Below, one piece after another: positions 1-12,894 of a DNA stretch of 64,000 nucleotides; positions within the stretch are counted from its first letter, which is position 1, and every line of letters starts with the position of its first letter. The notes under the pieces are model-generated. The model had not been told where the DNA came from. It did no database searches and saw only the letters and a list, made by a program, of their open reading frames with translations. Position numbers and translations under genes: made by a program. Where the stretch lies: NCBI RefSeq assembly GCF_006345805.1, contig NC_043003.1, positions 50,716,001 to 50,780,000 on the forward strand, in the 5' to 3' direction. This DNA comes from Octopus sinensis (taxonomy: Eukaryota).

Positions 1-506
1 AGGATAAATTCAGCTACCTATGATTCTATGTTAGTAGATTTTTTAGAGCCATCAAATTGCATCCAGTAGTTTCAAAAAACAGTGTTATCTTTCAACAGGA
101 CAACGCTCCATGTCATATAGCAAAGAATACTCATCAATGGTTTGAGACACAGTGTATTATTCCCATGGACTGGCCAGCGCAAAGTCCCGATCTAAATCTG
201 ATCGAACACCTATGGGGAACTCTTGGTGATGTTATCAGGAACACAACCATTAACAATAAAGAGCATTTGTACCATAAGTTGAGAGAAGAATGGAATAAAA
301 TCACGCCTAGCACCTGCAAGAAACTAGTCGGTTCAATGCCTGACCGTATAAAAGCGGTAATTGATGCTAAAGGAAGGTCAGCTAATTATTAAAACTAATG
401 TATATTGTGAAATATACCATAATCTACAATGTGCATGAGTTTCATTGACATTGATATAGCAGAACCCGAAAACATTGGAGTGGCCTAATACTTTTGGCCA
501 AGGCTG
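1..506 (+). mobile_element. Tc1-family transposon, 3' end (decayed transposase C-terminus plus right TIR)
   Basis: ORF 57..392 has FQQDNAPCH and WPAQSPDLNLIEHLWG, typical of Tc1 DD34E. Frame 1 upstream reads RINSATYDSMLVDFLEPS, so there is a frameshift near 55. The element ends ...CTTTTGGCCAAGGCTG followed by TA. Confidence 0.9.
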
Positions 507-1379
507 TATATATATATATGTATACAAGTACTATTCGTAGCCACTTTAATATGGTTGTCCGTTCGAGCGGACTCTACTGTGATAGTTTAACCCCAAGTGG
601 ACATCTCCTCATGCTGGTCAACGATGCACAGCTGCATCCGATAAAATTGTGAGGAGGGGGAGCGAACTCTACCATCTTCTAGCGACAGGACCAACATACC
701 AGTCTTGGTCTATATTTGTCACTCCTCGGTACTGGACACCTCGTCTGCTCGCAATATATATATTTCAAGCGAACACACAGTCGCTGAACGGACAGCCATG
801 TTAAACTGGCTGCGAATATTACTTGTCAGTACAACTACTGCGTTGATCTCTTAGAGAAATTTTAGAACTAGCATTTTTGCTTATGTGTGTGTGTGGAGTG
901 TGTGCGCGCGTGCATGTTGTGTTTATCTGTACGTGTGCACCTATGCGGGAGTAACCCCGGGATCTCTCCTGAGATGAACACTCTTGATGCTTTTCATAAA
1001 AGATTAGCAAACAAAATAAGATTATTTACGGTTTTATTTGCTAATAATTCCGCAATTTACTGACAATTTACCTGACACTGGATCTTTTTGATAACATAGT
1101 TACATCCTGCAATGTGAAAATATATGGTTTGCTTCATTTTATATTTCTAAGACTAACATAGTGTTCTTCCATTGTCATAATGATATTCCATGCCCTCTCG
1201 CTATTTCAGTTGATATTATTACTTTGAAGGTGTTACCTTATCTAGATTGACTTTTATGTCAAATATTCAAACCTGTTTGCTAACTGAAATTGTATTGTAT
1301 CTCTTGAAGATTCATATCTACATTATATTATTCTAATATAGAATAATGATCATACATTTAAGCAAGTTACTCCGAAGTT

Positions 1380-1630
1380 CTAACCACGCTTGGTAGAACG
1401 AATGCGTAGTCTATTTAATTGTGACATCTTTCTATCACTCCATTGTTCTATCAACGATGGAATGCTCAAAGATTGGTCCTTTTCTGCTGTTACTTCAAGG
1501 AAAGATATTCAAATGAGATATTCATTGGTTCCACCTGTTCGAGAATTCCCTTTCAGAAGTCCCCTTGCCAACTTTAGCAAATCGTATTTGTGCTTCCTGA
1601 ATACTACACGAATACACTACTGTTCCATGC
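1380..1630 (-). mobile_element. possible Penelope-like GIY-YIG endonuclease relic
   Basis: Manual minus-strand translation gives VVYSCSI...VGKGTSEREFSNRWNQ*, loosely like the GIY-YIG core of PLEs. Stops are present and the assignment is weak. Confidence 0.2.
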
Positions 1631-2602
1631 AGAAGTCCCTCACCCCCCCCCCTCCGAGAACAGCTGATTTGTGAAATAAATTCTTTTCTTAATGATTGCT
1701 GCCGAAATATGACCTTGATTTCGTTACATTCATGGTTAACAAGTACCCAATCTATTGGCAGTTAACTTTATTTCAATATTTCTCTTAGTTCTTTTATTAC
1801 AAATTCGTTTTGTTTCCTTTTATTGTCTCATTTATTGGCGTCGCAGTTATTTTAATGCATTACTTTCACTTCTCACTTTTCCTAATGCAATAAAAGGTAA
1901 TACAGTACGGTCAAGAATAAATATGTGTGATCGTGAATGTGTATTTATCTATATGTCTGTGGTTTTATTTGAAAGCTTATATATGTGTTTGTGTCTATGT
2001 GCAGAATTATGTGTGATTGCGTGTATTTGTGTGTGAATGGGTGAATATTTGTATAGATATTTTTTAGTGAGGACAATGTATGTGTTAGTGTATGAATGTA
2101 TGAGTAGATGCGCTGGTGTACACACGTGCAGTTCTATACATATGAGGGGGTATGCTTCTTATGTACTTTTGAGTTTATTTTATGTTTGTGTAGGTGTGTG
2201 AATGGGTTTATAACTATGAAGCCACTGTGGAAAAGCGATAAATTGTCGGTGCGCCGAATTCGAGCTATCGATTTCGTCTCTCATTTGCAACAGCTGGTTC
2301 ACATCTTCAGTATATTTAAAAGTTAAGAGACGGCTGGCCATAAAGGTCTCTACTCACGTATTTATCTGCTCTTTCCAATGAAAGTCAATAACGCAAACCA
2401 CTAATAGATAAATACCTGTGGTGATGGAAGGTGGAAAACTAGATCTAGTTATCATACATACTTTAGATAAAAACTAATTAAATGAAGCGATGTGTAATGG
2501 AAGGGTTACTGCTGTGTTTTATTGGCAAATTTTGAGTTCTTTGCGTTAGGCATACAAGCACTTTCGCAGAATAGACGTGAGTATTGAATAAATGAAGGAG
2601 GA

Positions 2603-3110
2603 AATAATCTTTTCCACTCTAGGCACAAGGCCCGAAATTTTTGAGGCGGGAGCCAATCGATTAGATCGACACCAGTCCGCAACTGGTACTTAATTTATAC
2701 CCCGAAAGGATGAAAGGCGAAATCGACATCGGCGGAATTTGAACAAAGAATGTAAAGACAGATGAAATACCTATTTCTTTACTACCCACAAGGGGCTAAA
2801 CACAGAGAGGACAAACAAGGACAGACAAACGGATTAAGTCGATTATATCGACTCCAGTGCATAACTGGTACTTATTTAATCGACCTCGAAAGGATGAGGG
2901 GCAAAGTCGACCTCGACGGAATTTGAACTCAGAACGTAGCGGCAGACGAAATACCCATTTCTTTACTACCTACAAGGGGCTAAACACAGAAGGGATAAAC
3001 AAGGACAGACAAAGGTATTAAGTCGATTATATCGACCCCAGTGCGTAACTGGTACTTATTTAAGTGACCCCGAAAGGATGAAGGGCAAAGTCGACCTCGG
3101 TGAAATGACC
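2603..3110 (-). mobile_element. chain of three 5'-truncated tRNA-derived SINEs (family A)
   Basis: Repeated core GAAAGGATGAAAGGCAAAGTCGACCTCGGCGGAATTTGAACTC. Each unit joins the next near GAAATAC. Confidence 0.85.
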
Positions 3111-3344
3111 GAAACAAGTAAAAAAAAAAAGAATATAATCTCTGATTCAGGAATAGACAATCACGGATAGAATGCTTTTCGTCATAGGAATAATTGATGA
3201 TAACTCACTGGAGGCTAAACAGCAACAAAAACAAGAATTTTTTAGAAAGGTTTAATAAATAATCACTTGACCTGCTAAGAATGACAGCCAAATTTCATTC
3301 CAATCGCACTTTACCCTCTTCAAATATAGAACAAACAAGCAAGT

Positions 3345-3998
3345 AAAATAGTTTCAAATTTTGGGACAAGGCCAGCAATTTTGGGGAAGAGTATAAGTCG
3401 ATTACATAGACTCCAGTGCTCAAATGATACGTATTTTATCGCCCCAGAAAAGATGAAAGGCAAAATCGACCTTGGTAGAGTTTGAACTCAACTCGTAAAG
3501 GTGGACGAAGTGCCGTAAAGCATTTCGTCCGGCGCGTTAAGATTCTGCCAGCTCGTTGCCTTAAAGTAGTAAAGAATATATTCTTTTCTACTCTAGGCAC
3601 AAGGCCCGAAATTTGGTGGGAGGGAGCCAGTCGATTAGATCGACCCCAGTACGAAGCTGGTACTTATTTTATCGACTCCGAAAGGATGAAAGGTAAATTC
3701 GACGACGGCGGAATTTAAACTCAGAACATAAAAACAAACGAAATACTGCTAAGCATTTCGCCCGGTGTGCTAACGTTTCTTATTTCTTTATTGCCAACAG
3801 GAGGCGAAACATAGAGCGGACAAACAAGGATAGTCGATTACATCGACCCCGGTGCGCAACTGGTACTTATTTAATCGACTCGGAAAGGATGAAAGGCAAA
3901 GTCGACCTCGGCGGAATTTGAACTCAGAACGTAACGGCAGACGAATTACTGCTAAGCATTTCGCCCGGCGTGGTAACGTTTCTGCCAGCTCGCCGCCT
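3345..3998 (-). mobile_element. family A SINE copies; 3581..3998 composite insertion with 14-bp TSD
   Basis: Same SINE core. TAGTAAAGAATATA occurs at 3567..3580 and 3999..4012, flanking the composite. Confidence 0.85.
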
Positions 3999-4072
3999 TA
4001 GTAAAGAATATACTGGAAAAACAGTAGTACCTTAGTTTTCGAACAACTCTGAACGCGAATAAATCGTGCTGC

Positions 4073-4107
<35 letters not shown>

Positions 4108-4415
4108 ATATATATTTCTTTACTACCCACAAGGGGCTAAACATAGAGGGGACAAACAAGGACAGACAAAGGGATTAAGTCGATTACATCGACCCCAGTG
4201 GGTAACTGGTACTTAATTTCTCGACCCCGAAAGGATGAAAGGCAAAGTCGACCTCGGCGGAATTTGAACTCACAACGTAACGACAGACGAAATACCGCTA
4301 AGCATTTCGCCCGGCGCGCTAACGTTTCTGCCAGCTCGCCGCCTTAGTAAAGAATATACTGGAAAAACAGTAGTACCTTAGTTTTCGAACAACTCTGAAC
4401 GCGAATAAATCGTGC

Positions 4416-4462
<47 letters not shown>

Positions 4463-4760
4463 CTTACTACCCACAAGGGGCTAAACATAGAGGGGACAAA
4501 CAGGACAGACAAAGGGATTAAGTCGATTACATCGACCCCAGTGGGTAACTGGTACTTAATTTCTCGACCCCGAAAGGATGAAAGGCAAGTCGACCTCGGC
4601 GGAATTGAACTCACAACGTAACGACAGACGAAATACCGCTAAGCATTTCGCCCGGCGCGCTAACGTTTCTGCCAGCTCGCCGCCTTAGTAAAGAATATAC
4701 TGGAAAAACAGTAGTACCTTAGTTTTCGAACAACTCTGAACGCGAATAAATCGTGGTGCA
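4073..4760. repeat. tandem duplication of a (TA)n + family A SINE + 75-bp flank unit
   Basis: Units 4073..4419 and 4420..4760 are nearly identical. The 75-bp flank is also present at about 3999..4072. Confidence 0.9.
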
Positions 4761-4873
4761 TATATATTATATATATAATATATATATAATTATATATATA
4801 TATATATATTATATATATATATATATTATATATATCTATATATATATATATATATAATATATATATATATAAT

Positions 4874-4936
<63 letters not shown>

Positions 4937-4941
4937 CTATA

Positions 4942-4972
<31 letters not shown>

Positions 4973-4984
4973 ATTATATATATA

Positions 4985-5016
<32 letters not shown>

Positions 5017-5052
5017 CTATATATATATATATATTATATATATATATATATA

Positions 5053-5127
<75 letters not shown>
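4761..5127. repeat. (TA)n followed by (GA)n microsatellite
   Basis: Directly visible. Confidence 0.97.
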
Positions 5128-5131
<4 letters not shown>

Positions 5132-5259
5132 AGCACGATTTATTCGTGATCAGAGGCGTTCGTAAAACGAGGTACTACTCAATTAAATGAATATGAGAAA
5201 GACAGGAGATAAAGCACGATTTATTCGTGATCAGAGGTTTTCGTAAACCGAGATTCTAC
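5125..5259. repeat. two ~55-bp direct repeats
   Basis: GAGATAAAGCACGATTTATTCGTGATCAGAGG..TTCGTAAA.CGAG at 5125 and 5206. Confidence 0.85.
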
Positions 5260-5954
5260 TGTAATCGAAAACCAGATGGTGGTTACATGTATCAACATGA
5301 TCGGGACATCTGAGGTTAAACAACTACCTCAAGTACTAACAAGTACATATTTTTATCGTTCCTATGAAGATTATATTTAACACAGAACTGATATAGAGAG
5401 AGGACGAGAGAGGTGGAGAAACACATTTAGAGAGAGAACGAAAGAAAGAAAGAAAGAAAGAAAGAAGGAAAGAAAGGAAGGAAGGAAGAAAGAAAGAGAA
5501 GTGAAATGAAGAAATCTGTAATGCCAATGATTTATTGTCTTGAGTAATTAAACCATCGTTTTGAAAATATCTCAATTTTCATCGTTTTTAAATACTTCAA
5601 GTTGGATTCCTCCTATTTAATGGTTTTCAAAAATAAGTTATTGTGTTTGGGAATTACATTTACTTTGAAACGTTTCACGACAACTTAAGAATACTTTTAA
5701 GAACCATAATAGAATAAACAGTGTTTTCTCTCCCCCGCTCTCCCTCTCTTTCTCTCTATCACTCTCTCTCTCTCTCTCCCTTTCTCTCTTACTTTCTCTC
5801 ACTCACTCTCTTTCTGTGCGTGTTTATGTATGTGTGCATACGTAAGGTAGTACGTGTGTATTTGCGCGCATGTGTGTGTTCATTTTATTTCAAGAACTTT
5901 TGTATCAGCTATTTCAATCGTAGTGAAGAATTTTATCATGGAAACATAACTGAA

Positions 5955-6165
5955 TAACCCTTTTGATACGAACCGCCCAAGACCGCACCATTGTCGTTTG
6001 ATGCTAACATCTTGCTTTAAAGTGGTCTAAATTAAAATCTTTTATCAAAATTTCAATTCAATTTACGTTCCAAATACCAGCATAACAGTGAGAAAGTTAT
6101 TTTCATTTTTTAAAATCTACTGAAACAAAAGCAGATTACTTCAGCGAAAGTAATGAAAAATGTAA
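5955..6165. mobile_element. degenerate piggyBac-like MITE fragment
   Basis: Starts TAACCCTTTTGATAC (TTAA/CCC-like terminus). The right end is not recovered. Confidence 0.35.
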
Positions 6166-7054
6166 GTCATATTTTTTTTTTAATTAAGAATCTTAGAAAT
6201 GGTTCTAAATTAGAAACTTTTCTTGCAAAATCAGATAAACGAACGACCGCATGGTAAAGACATTGAGAAGTGCTATGAGTTTATCAAGTAAGTTTTTGAA
6301 AGAATACGAAACTGGTTTCCTGGTGCTCCCTACGAGTGTTTTTTTCTTCTTTTCTTTTCTTTTATAAGACACTATCTTGTCATCTATAGGCAATTCTAAG
6401 AAAGAGAAAGAGCGAAAAAAAAAAAACAAACAAAGAATCCATTCTAGTACTTGACTGATACTTCATCTATCTCAAAGCAATTCTAACCCCGATGGAATTG
6501 GAACAGTTTAGAAAGCAGGGACAAATACTTCAAGGATTCTTATCCAACCCTCAAAAAACTCTGCCAATTCACCATCATACAGATAATCTACGATGTTTAT
6601 AATGAAATATTTTTAGAAATACACGATAACTCTCTTTGGTAACAAATGAAATATGATTTTGGGATATGGCACAAGGCCATAATCTGTAGTTAAGGGCTTT
6701 AGTTGTTAGAAACTTCACATTTTATGACTAATATTTATTTTCACCATATACTTTAGGTCGAGAGAAAAATGATCGCCAATTCGATTTTAACTTAGAACAT
6801 AAAATGTTACATTTAAAATATGAACTGTAGAGCTTTTAAATAACGAGGCATATTGATTCATATAATTGCATACAAATATTCATATATTTAAAATATTAGT
6901 GAAACACAAACCGGCTTATTCTGTCTCGGCTATAATAATTACCTGAAAAAGCTAAATGCAAATAATTATAAATATCAATTATAACTAATTTTCTTGTGAT
7001 TCTTTCGGCAACAATGCAACTTTTTTATTCACTCAGTATTAGATATACTATCAC

Positions 7055-7056
7055 TA

Positions 7057-7098
<42 letters not shown>

Positions 7099-7129
7099 TT
7101 GTCTGTCTGTCTATCTATCTGTCTGTCTC

Positions 7130-7160
<31 letters not shown>

Positions 7161-7421
7161 GTCTGTCTGTCTCTCTGTCTGTCTCTCTGTCTCTCTGTCT
7201 GTCTGTCTTTCTGTCTCGCTTTCTGTCTGTCTCTCTGTCTGTCTGTCTCTCTGTCTGTCTGTCTGCCTCTCTGTTTATCTGTCTGTCTCTCTGTCTGTCT
7301 GTCTCTCTGTCTGTCTCTCTGTCTGTCTGTCTCTCTGCCTCTCTGTTTATCTGTCTGTCTCTCTGTCTGTCTGTCTCTCTGTCTGTCTCTCTGCCTGTCT
7401 GTCTGTCTCTCTGTCTGTCTA

Positions 7422-7460
<39 letters not shown>

Positions 7461-7641
7461 GCCTCTCTGTCTGTCTGTCTGTCTGTCTCTCTGTTTGTCT
7501 GTCTCTCTGTCTGTCTCTCTGCCTGTCTGTCTGTCTGTCTCTCTGGCTGTCTGTCTATCTGTCTGTCTGTCTCTCTGTTTGTCTGTCTCTCTGTCTGTCT
7601 CTCTGCCTGTCTGTCTGTCTGTCTCTCTGGCTGTCTGTCTA

Positions 7642-7672
<31 letters not shown>

Positions 7673-7793
7673 GTCTGTCCGTCCGTCCATCCATCCATCC
7701 ATCCATCCATCCAGCCAGCCAGCCATCCATCCATCTATCCATCCATTTAACTATTTATATATGTATCTGTTTATCTATCCATCTATCTATCTA

Positions 7794-7826
<33 letters not shown>

Positions 7827-7893
7827 GTGTGTGTGTGTGTGTTTGTATGTCTCTGTGTGTGTATGCACATACATATATGCATACATACATACA

Positions 7894-7922
<29 letters not shown>
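7055..7922. repeat. compound microsatellite (TCTA)/(TCTG,TCTC)/(CCAT)/(TA)/(TG)/(CATA)
   Basis: Directly visible. It explains the ORFs at 6996, 7099, 7115 and 7419. Confidence 0.97.
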
Positions 7923-7924
<2 letters not shown>

Positions 7925-8474
7925 CTTTTCTTATACAGCTGGAGTCTGTTTAGTTTATTCCCCAACATTTCTTAGTTTTCTACTTTCTACGCTCAATCTT
8001 GTGATAGACTTAGTAAATGTAATCGAATAGTCTACTTAGCTATTCATGATGGCGAACTGGCTGTGTCATTTGGGCGTCGGACAAAAAACTTCACAGCATT
8101 TTTTCAAGCTCTCCTGCGATCTCAGTTCAAATACTGTTGTAGAAAACTTTACTTTTCATTCTTTTGGAGAGGATAAAAAATACCACTCTTGTACGATGGA
8201 TTGGCTGGACTATTACGGAGTTAGAAGCGATGTTTAGTAGTATCTTTTGTGATTCGTTGAGTTCTAACAGCAACGCCTGCAACATCACTGATAGCAAGCT
8301 GTATAGGTTCAAATTGGCAGCCTTTCACTCCTCAAAAATACTTGCCCAAGCTTTTACATCCATGTGCAAATGTATTGTCAAACTTGAACTACAAAAGGCT
8401 CTAAAACTTAGTGATTCTCTCATTACTACTTTCACATGTACAACGAACGAAGGCTAAACTTTGCAGTAAAGGAC

Positions 8475-8665
8475 TAATAATCCTTCCTAGAGGCACAAGG
8501 CCTGAAATTTAGGGGGAGGGGACCTAATGCATACATACATACATACATTACGTCGACCCCAGTGATCGGCTGGTACTTATTTTATGGAACCCGAAAGAAT
8601 GAAAGGTAAAGTCGACCTCGGTGGATTTTGAACTCAGCACGATTCTGCCTGCTTGCTATCTTAGT
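8475..8665 (-). mobile_element. family A SINE, degenerate
   Basis: Core CCCGAAAGAATGAAAGGTAAAGTCGACCTCGG. Confidence 0.75.
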
Positions 8666-8816
8666 AGAGAACTAATAATGCCGAGATATATCCGTAGATT
8701 TTTGTAATTGTCTAACAACTCGAAATTATATTGTTCAATAACTAATTAAATTTTTTCCTCTCAGCAATAATTATTTCAAAATAGCTTTTAATTAATTAAT
8801 TCTGCATTAATTATAT

Positions 8817-9030
8817 GTTGTGGAAGGATTCCGACCACTCAAGTGACTAAACGGTGGACTGACTCATTATTACAAAGTGAAGAACCGTGAGCGATTGGCA
8901 GTTCGGGTTGTAGCAGTTCACTGTGAGCTGTGATTGAGAGCACTCTGTCTCGTGTAATAGAAATAGTTTGACGTCGCGTATATACTTTCTTCCCCCTACA
9001 TCTTTATATTATATATGCAATACAATGATA
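8817..9030 (+). repeat. unclassified interspersed repeat (possibly solo-LTR-like), homologous to 45842..46620
   Basis: TGTGGA.GGATTCCGA..ACTCAAGTGACTAAA..GTGGACTGACTCAT...GTCTCGTGTAATAG...TATATACTTTCTTC is shared between the two loci. Confidence 0.7.
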
Positions 9031-9692
9031 TAAAATTATGTTACTACCAACCTATCTACAGTTATATAAAAGTTGATATCTTTTTTCTGTAGCTCTTCAA
9101 TGGAATACTATTCCCATACCTATGATGCTGCTGCTGCGACACATACACTCATTCTACACCGCATTCAGAAAGGAAGAGAAAACCAAAAAATCATCCAACT
9201 GATTTGCGTGAAATCACTTTCCTAAACACTCCAGTTTCTTGTTCATAGCCAAGATGTCTTCCTTCAACGATCGTGTAAAATAAACAATGAGCAACATTAA
9301 ATAGCAACACTGTTGTATTTACGATGAGACTGACTTAGAGTTGCTCTAGACATAGACACTATGCTCATGTCTGGGCAGATCTAATCAAGTTCCAACATTA
9401 CCACGTCTGCTGGCCTGACCAAATTTTACCGCCCATCACTGTCAGACTTTCCCTCTCAAAGAAATAAATTGCACTAATTTTCCATAAAAATGACTGCAAT
9501 GCATATTAATATCCTTAATTAGATTTATATTCATTAATTTAATGTAATTTTTCATTGGATGATTATGTTAAAAGAAGAAAGAATGAATATAATATCGCAA
9601 GAAATCTAAACCTGATAATTTCATATATAGGTGCAGCATAGGAAATACACAACATACATGAAAATACTCGTGTCAAAATTATTGCCCAGCCA

Positions 9693-9912
<220 letters not shown>

Positions 9913-11085
9913 GTTATCAAAGTACATTATGAAGTATAAAACGAGTAGGCTAACACTAAGAACAAATACACACACACTCAGAAACGCTTATACACATACA
10001 AATCCGCCCATATATCACACAAACAGACATCCTAGATGCACACATGCGAACAATAATCCTGCATTCATTCATATCCATACATACATCCTCACACATGTAT
10101 AAACATACGTGCACACAGATGGTCGTATGTAGACACCGCGGGATAATGAAAGGATGCATAAGGGAGAATTGCGTTTTCAAATATTTTTAAATATGTTGTT
10201 TTTTTTTTAACTTTTTCTCAACGATACAGCAATAAAATATCATAAAAAAAGAAGTTGTAAGTCATATTCCCTTTTATCTTGAGTTTTAAAAAAAATATGT
10301 GTAAACGTGGAAGAGAAATGATATAAGTAAAAATTAAATAAATGAAAAATACGAACAACAGCAACAACAACAACAACAATCATGAAATAGAGAGGAAATT
10401 TGATTGAAATAAACTGTGTGATGGATTTAAACCGAAAAATATAGAAGCTATTACAGCCAAAATCTGTTTACTTCATAATATATATGAATTTCTGATGAGA
10501 GCAATTTGAGAAGTTAATCGTGTTTCTCTCGTAGCCGAAATATAGTCGTTTCTTTGTTGATCTAAGGGGGGGGGAGGAAATAGAAGAAAAAATAAAATAA
10601 GGAATCCTATCTGAAGAAATTAATACTTACTTGACATTTCATTGGCAAATCGTGGAATAAATATACGCAAGAATTTTGCATAACGGCCATTCTTAGATAT
10701 TTCCTGTTTTGAAAGAAGACCGATTTTGTTTATATTAAAGTATACTATCCGCCTTTCTGCAACAATATGTTCTTGGAGCTCTCACAAAACACACATATGA
10801 GCAGAAACACTCCCTTTGATACAAAGACTTACACGCATACATATATAATATTTATGCATACATACATACTGTTAACTAGAGATAGATAGAGGAAAGTAAG
10901 CTTCCTTATATACATGCTTACTTTGACATGACACATATGTATGTGCCCGACTACTTTAAACATTCAGTCTTTTTACATACACACCGACCAACATACACAC
11001 ACACATATATACATGGATAGACAGACAGATATATATATATATATTACATACCCTCACACACACAGATTTGCATATATACTAATAT

Positions 11086-11129
<44 letters not shown>

Positions 11130-11139
11130 TCAAAGGAAG

Positions 11140-11335
11140 GATTAAATGCCCTTACTGGGACATAGCCTTATAAGCTGGTTTCCCGGTTTCTATGGCGTAT
11201 ACACTGCCATCGGACGGAACACGGGTCTGACGTAGGAATACTTAATTTTTCTAGAGTGAACTGGAACAAGGTGAAATTAAGTGTTTTGCCGAAGGACACA
11301 ACGCACAGTCTCATGGCAGATCAATTAGGAAAGCA
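11140..11335 (-). mobile_element. tRNA-SINE fragment (V-SINE-like)
   Basis: AAGTGTTTTGCCGAAGGACACAACGCA and CTGGTTTCCCGGTTTCTATGG resemble the reverse of the SINE at 20348. Confidence 0.55.
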
Positions 11336-11424
11336 ATACTTGTGTGAGAGCACAGTGTTCTTAAAGGTAGTGATGGCTTTCTTTGGTCACGAGTGGAGGA
11401 CCAGTATAGTATATTATTTCATTA

Positions 11425-11635
11425 ACATATGATGGGTGCTCCCTCGTTATCGAGTATGGCCATTGCACGAACTTAACTGTTATTGGTGCTGTGATCGAAT
11501 GTGACTTTTTATCCCAGCTAAAGATCTACTATGTCTTGTAAAGAATTAGCAACCAGAACCTTTACCGGTAGTAGCCGGCTGTAGTTGTAACTGGGCTTCA
11601 TGCTCCTTTGCATGTCGTTTAAGTCCTCCTGCCGA
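11425..11635 (-). mobile_element. RTE-type LINE 3' tail
   Basis: Reverse complement of 12439..12649 with few substitutions. Confidence 0.8.
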
Positions 11636-12131
11636 GAGATAAATTTTATTTAATATACAATAGAATTGAGGTCCTATAATTTCCATATATAACTAATACT
11701 ATAATTGGGCGAGCTTGTATAGTGTGCCGTGTGCTATCAGGCAATCCTTCAGAACAAGGTTTAACATAGATGTACTCTAAGAAAAAAACCCAGCAAGAAC
11801 GAGAGAAAACGAGAGAAAAAAATTATATGACAGAAAGAGAAAAGTAAAAAGCATGAAGGAAAGAGAGATAAGGGTCGTGACCCTTTGGTTAGTATATGTT
11901 TTATAAATCACTTCTACATAGGCCAATTTATTTTGTCGAGTTTCGCTATTTATTATTACGAAGGCGATTTTAACTCCGCAAACGACTGAGCTAACCACGC
12001 CTAGTCGAGTGAGGAAACGCCTGGGTCTCTACAGTTTCATTCCCGAATAAGCACCTGGTGTGATATGCAAACCACCAGTTTTCTTTCCACGGGTGGATAT
12101 GGTATTTTATTTTGGACCTGAAGCCCAACAA

Positions 12132-12177
<46 letters not shown>

Positions 12178-12239
12178 CGTGCACTTACAAACATATATGT
12201 ATATATATATGTGTATGTATATATATGTACATATATCGC

Positions 12240-12649
12240 TGTTACACTTCCAGATGGGAAGGGTCTTCCTATGATGCTGACATGCAGTGTCTGTGCAAGA
12301 CCCTGCCTCAGTAAAGCCGAACTCAAGAGTCATATTCGTAGTCATAAAGCGAGACAGATGAGTGACAACCTGGCCACTGGTGGTGTTGTTACACACCATA
12401 CTAATCATATCTATCAGGCATGTGGAAGAGAGTGTAATTCGGCAGGAGGACTTAAACGACATGCAAAGGTGCATGAAGCCCAGTTACAACTACAGCCGGC
12501 TACTACCGGTAAAGGTTCTGGTTGTTAATTCTATACAAGACATTGTAGATCTTTAGCTGGAATAAAAAGTCACATTCGATCACAGCACCAATAACAGTTA
12601 AGTTCGTGCAATGGCCATACTCGATAACGAGGGGGCACCCATCATATGT
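12240..12649 (+). mobile_element. RTE-type LINE ORF2 C-terminus with C2H2-like fingers and 3' tail
   Basis: Reads CSVCARPCLSKAELKSHIRSH, QACGRECNSAGGLKRHAKVH, then C*FYTRHCRSLAGIKSHIRSQH after a stop. There are no TGEKP linkers. It ends GGCCATACTCGATAACGAGGGGGCACCCATC and a second copy of the tail lies nearby. Confidence 0.65.
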
Positions 12650-12674
12650 ATATATGCATATATATATAATATAT

Positions 12675-12728
<54 letters not shown>

Positions 12729-12894
12729 ATTTTATAAATTTCCTTCCGCTAAATGTATGTTGATTCTAGTTGGAAACAGATCTTCTGTGGTTGCTTCGGA
12801 GCTATTTTTAGCACTAGAGTTATCCACATAGTGGATAACTCTCTAATAATTTATGTATATATATATATATATATATATATACATACATACATAT

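Noticed and set aside
6996-8030. Longest ORFs (344, 284, 203 aa) and the many [16 protein letters not shown] ORFs across the window
   Set aside because: They are translations of di- and tetranucleotide microsatellites that lack stop codons, with no protein signal.
8046-8457. Overlapping 60-97 aa ORFs in unique sequence
   Set aside because: No recognisable motif was found on either strand, so it cannot be called.
12112-12528. Host C2H2 zinc-finger gene
   Set aside because: The N-terminal half is microsatellite, there are no TGEKP linkers, the third finger has a stop, and the 3' end is duplicated nearby as a retroelement tail.
12816-12842. 12-bp-stem hairpin containing TTATCCACA (bacterial DnaA-box match)
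   Set aside because: The context is eukaryotic and repeat-rich with no other bacterial features. It is most likely a coincidental part of the adjacent repeat.
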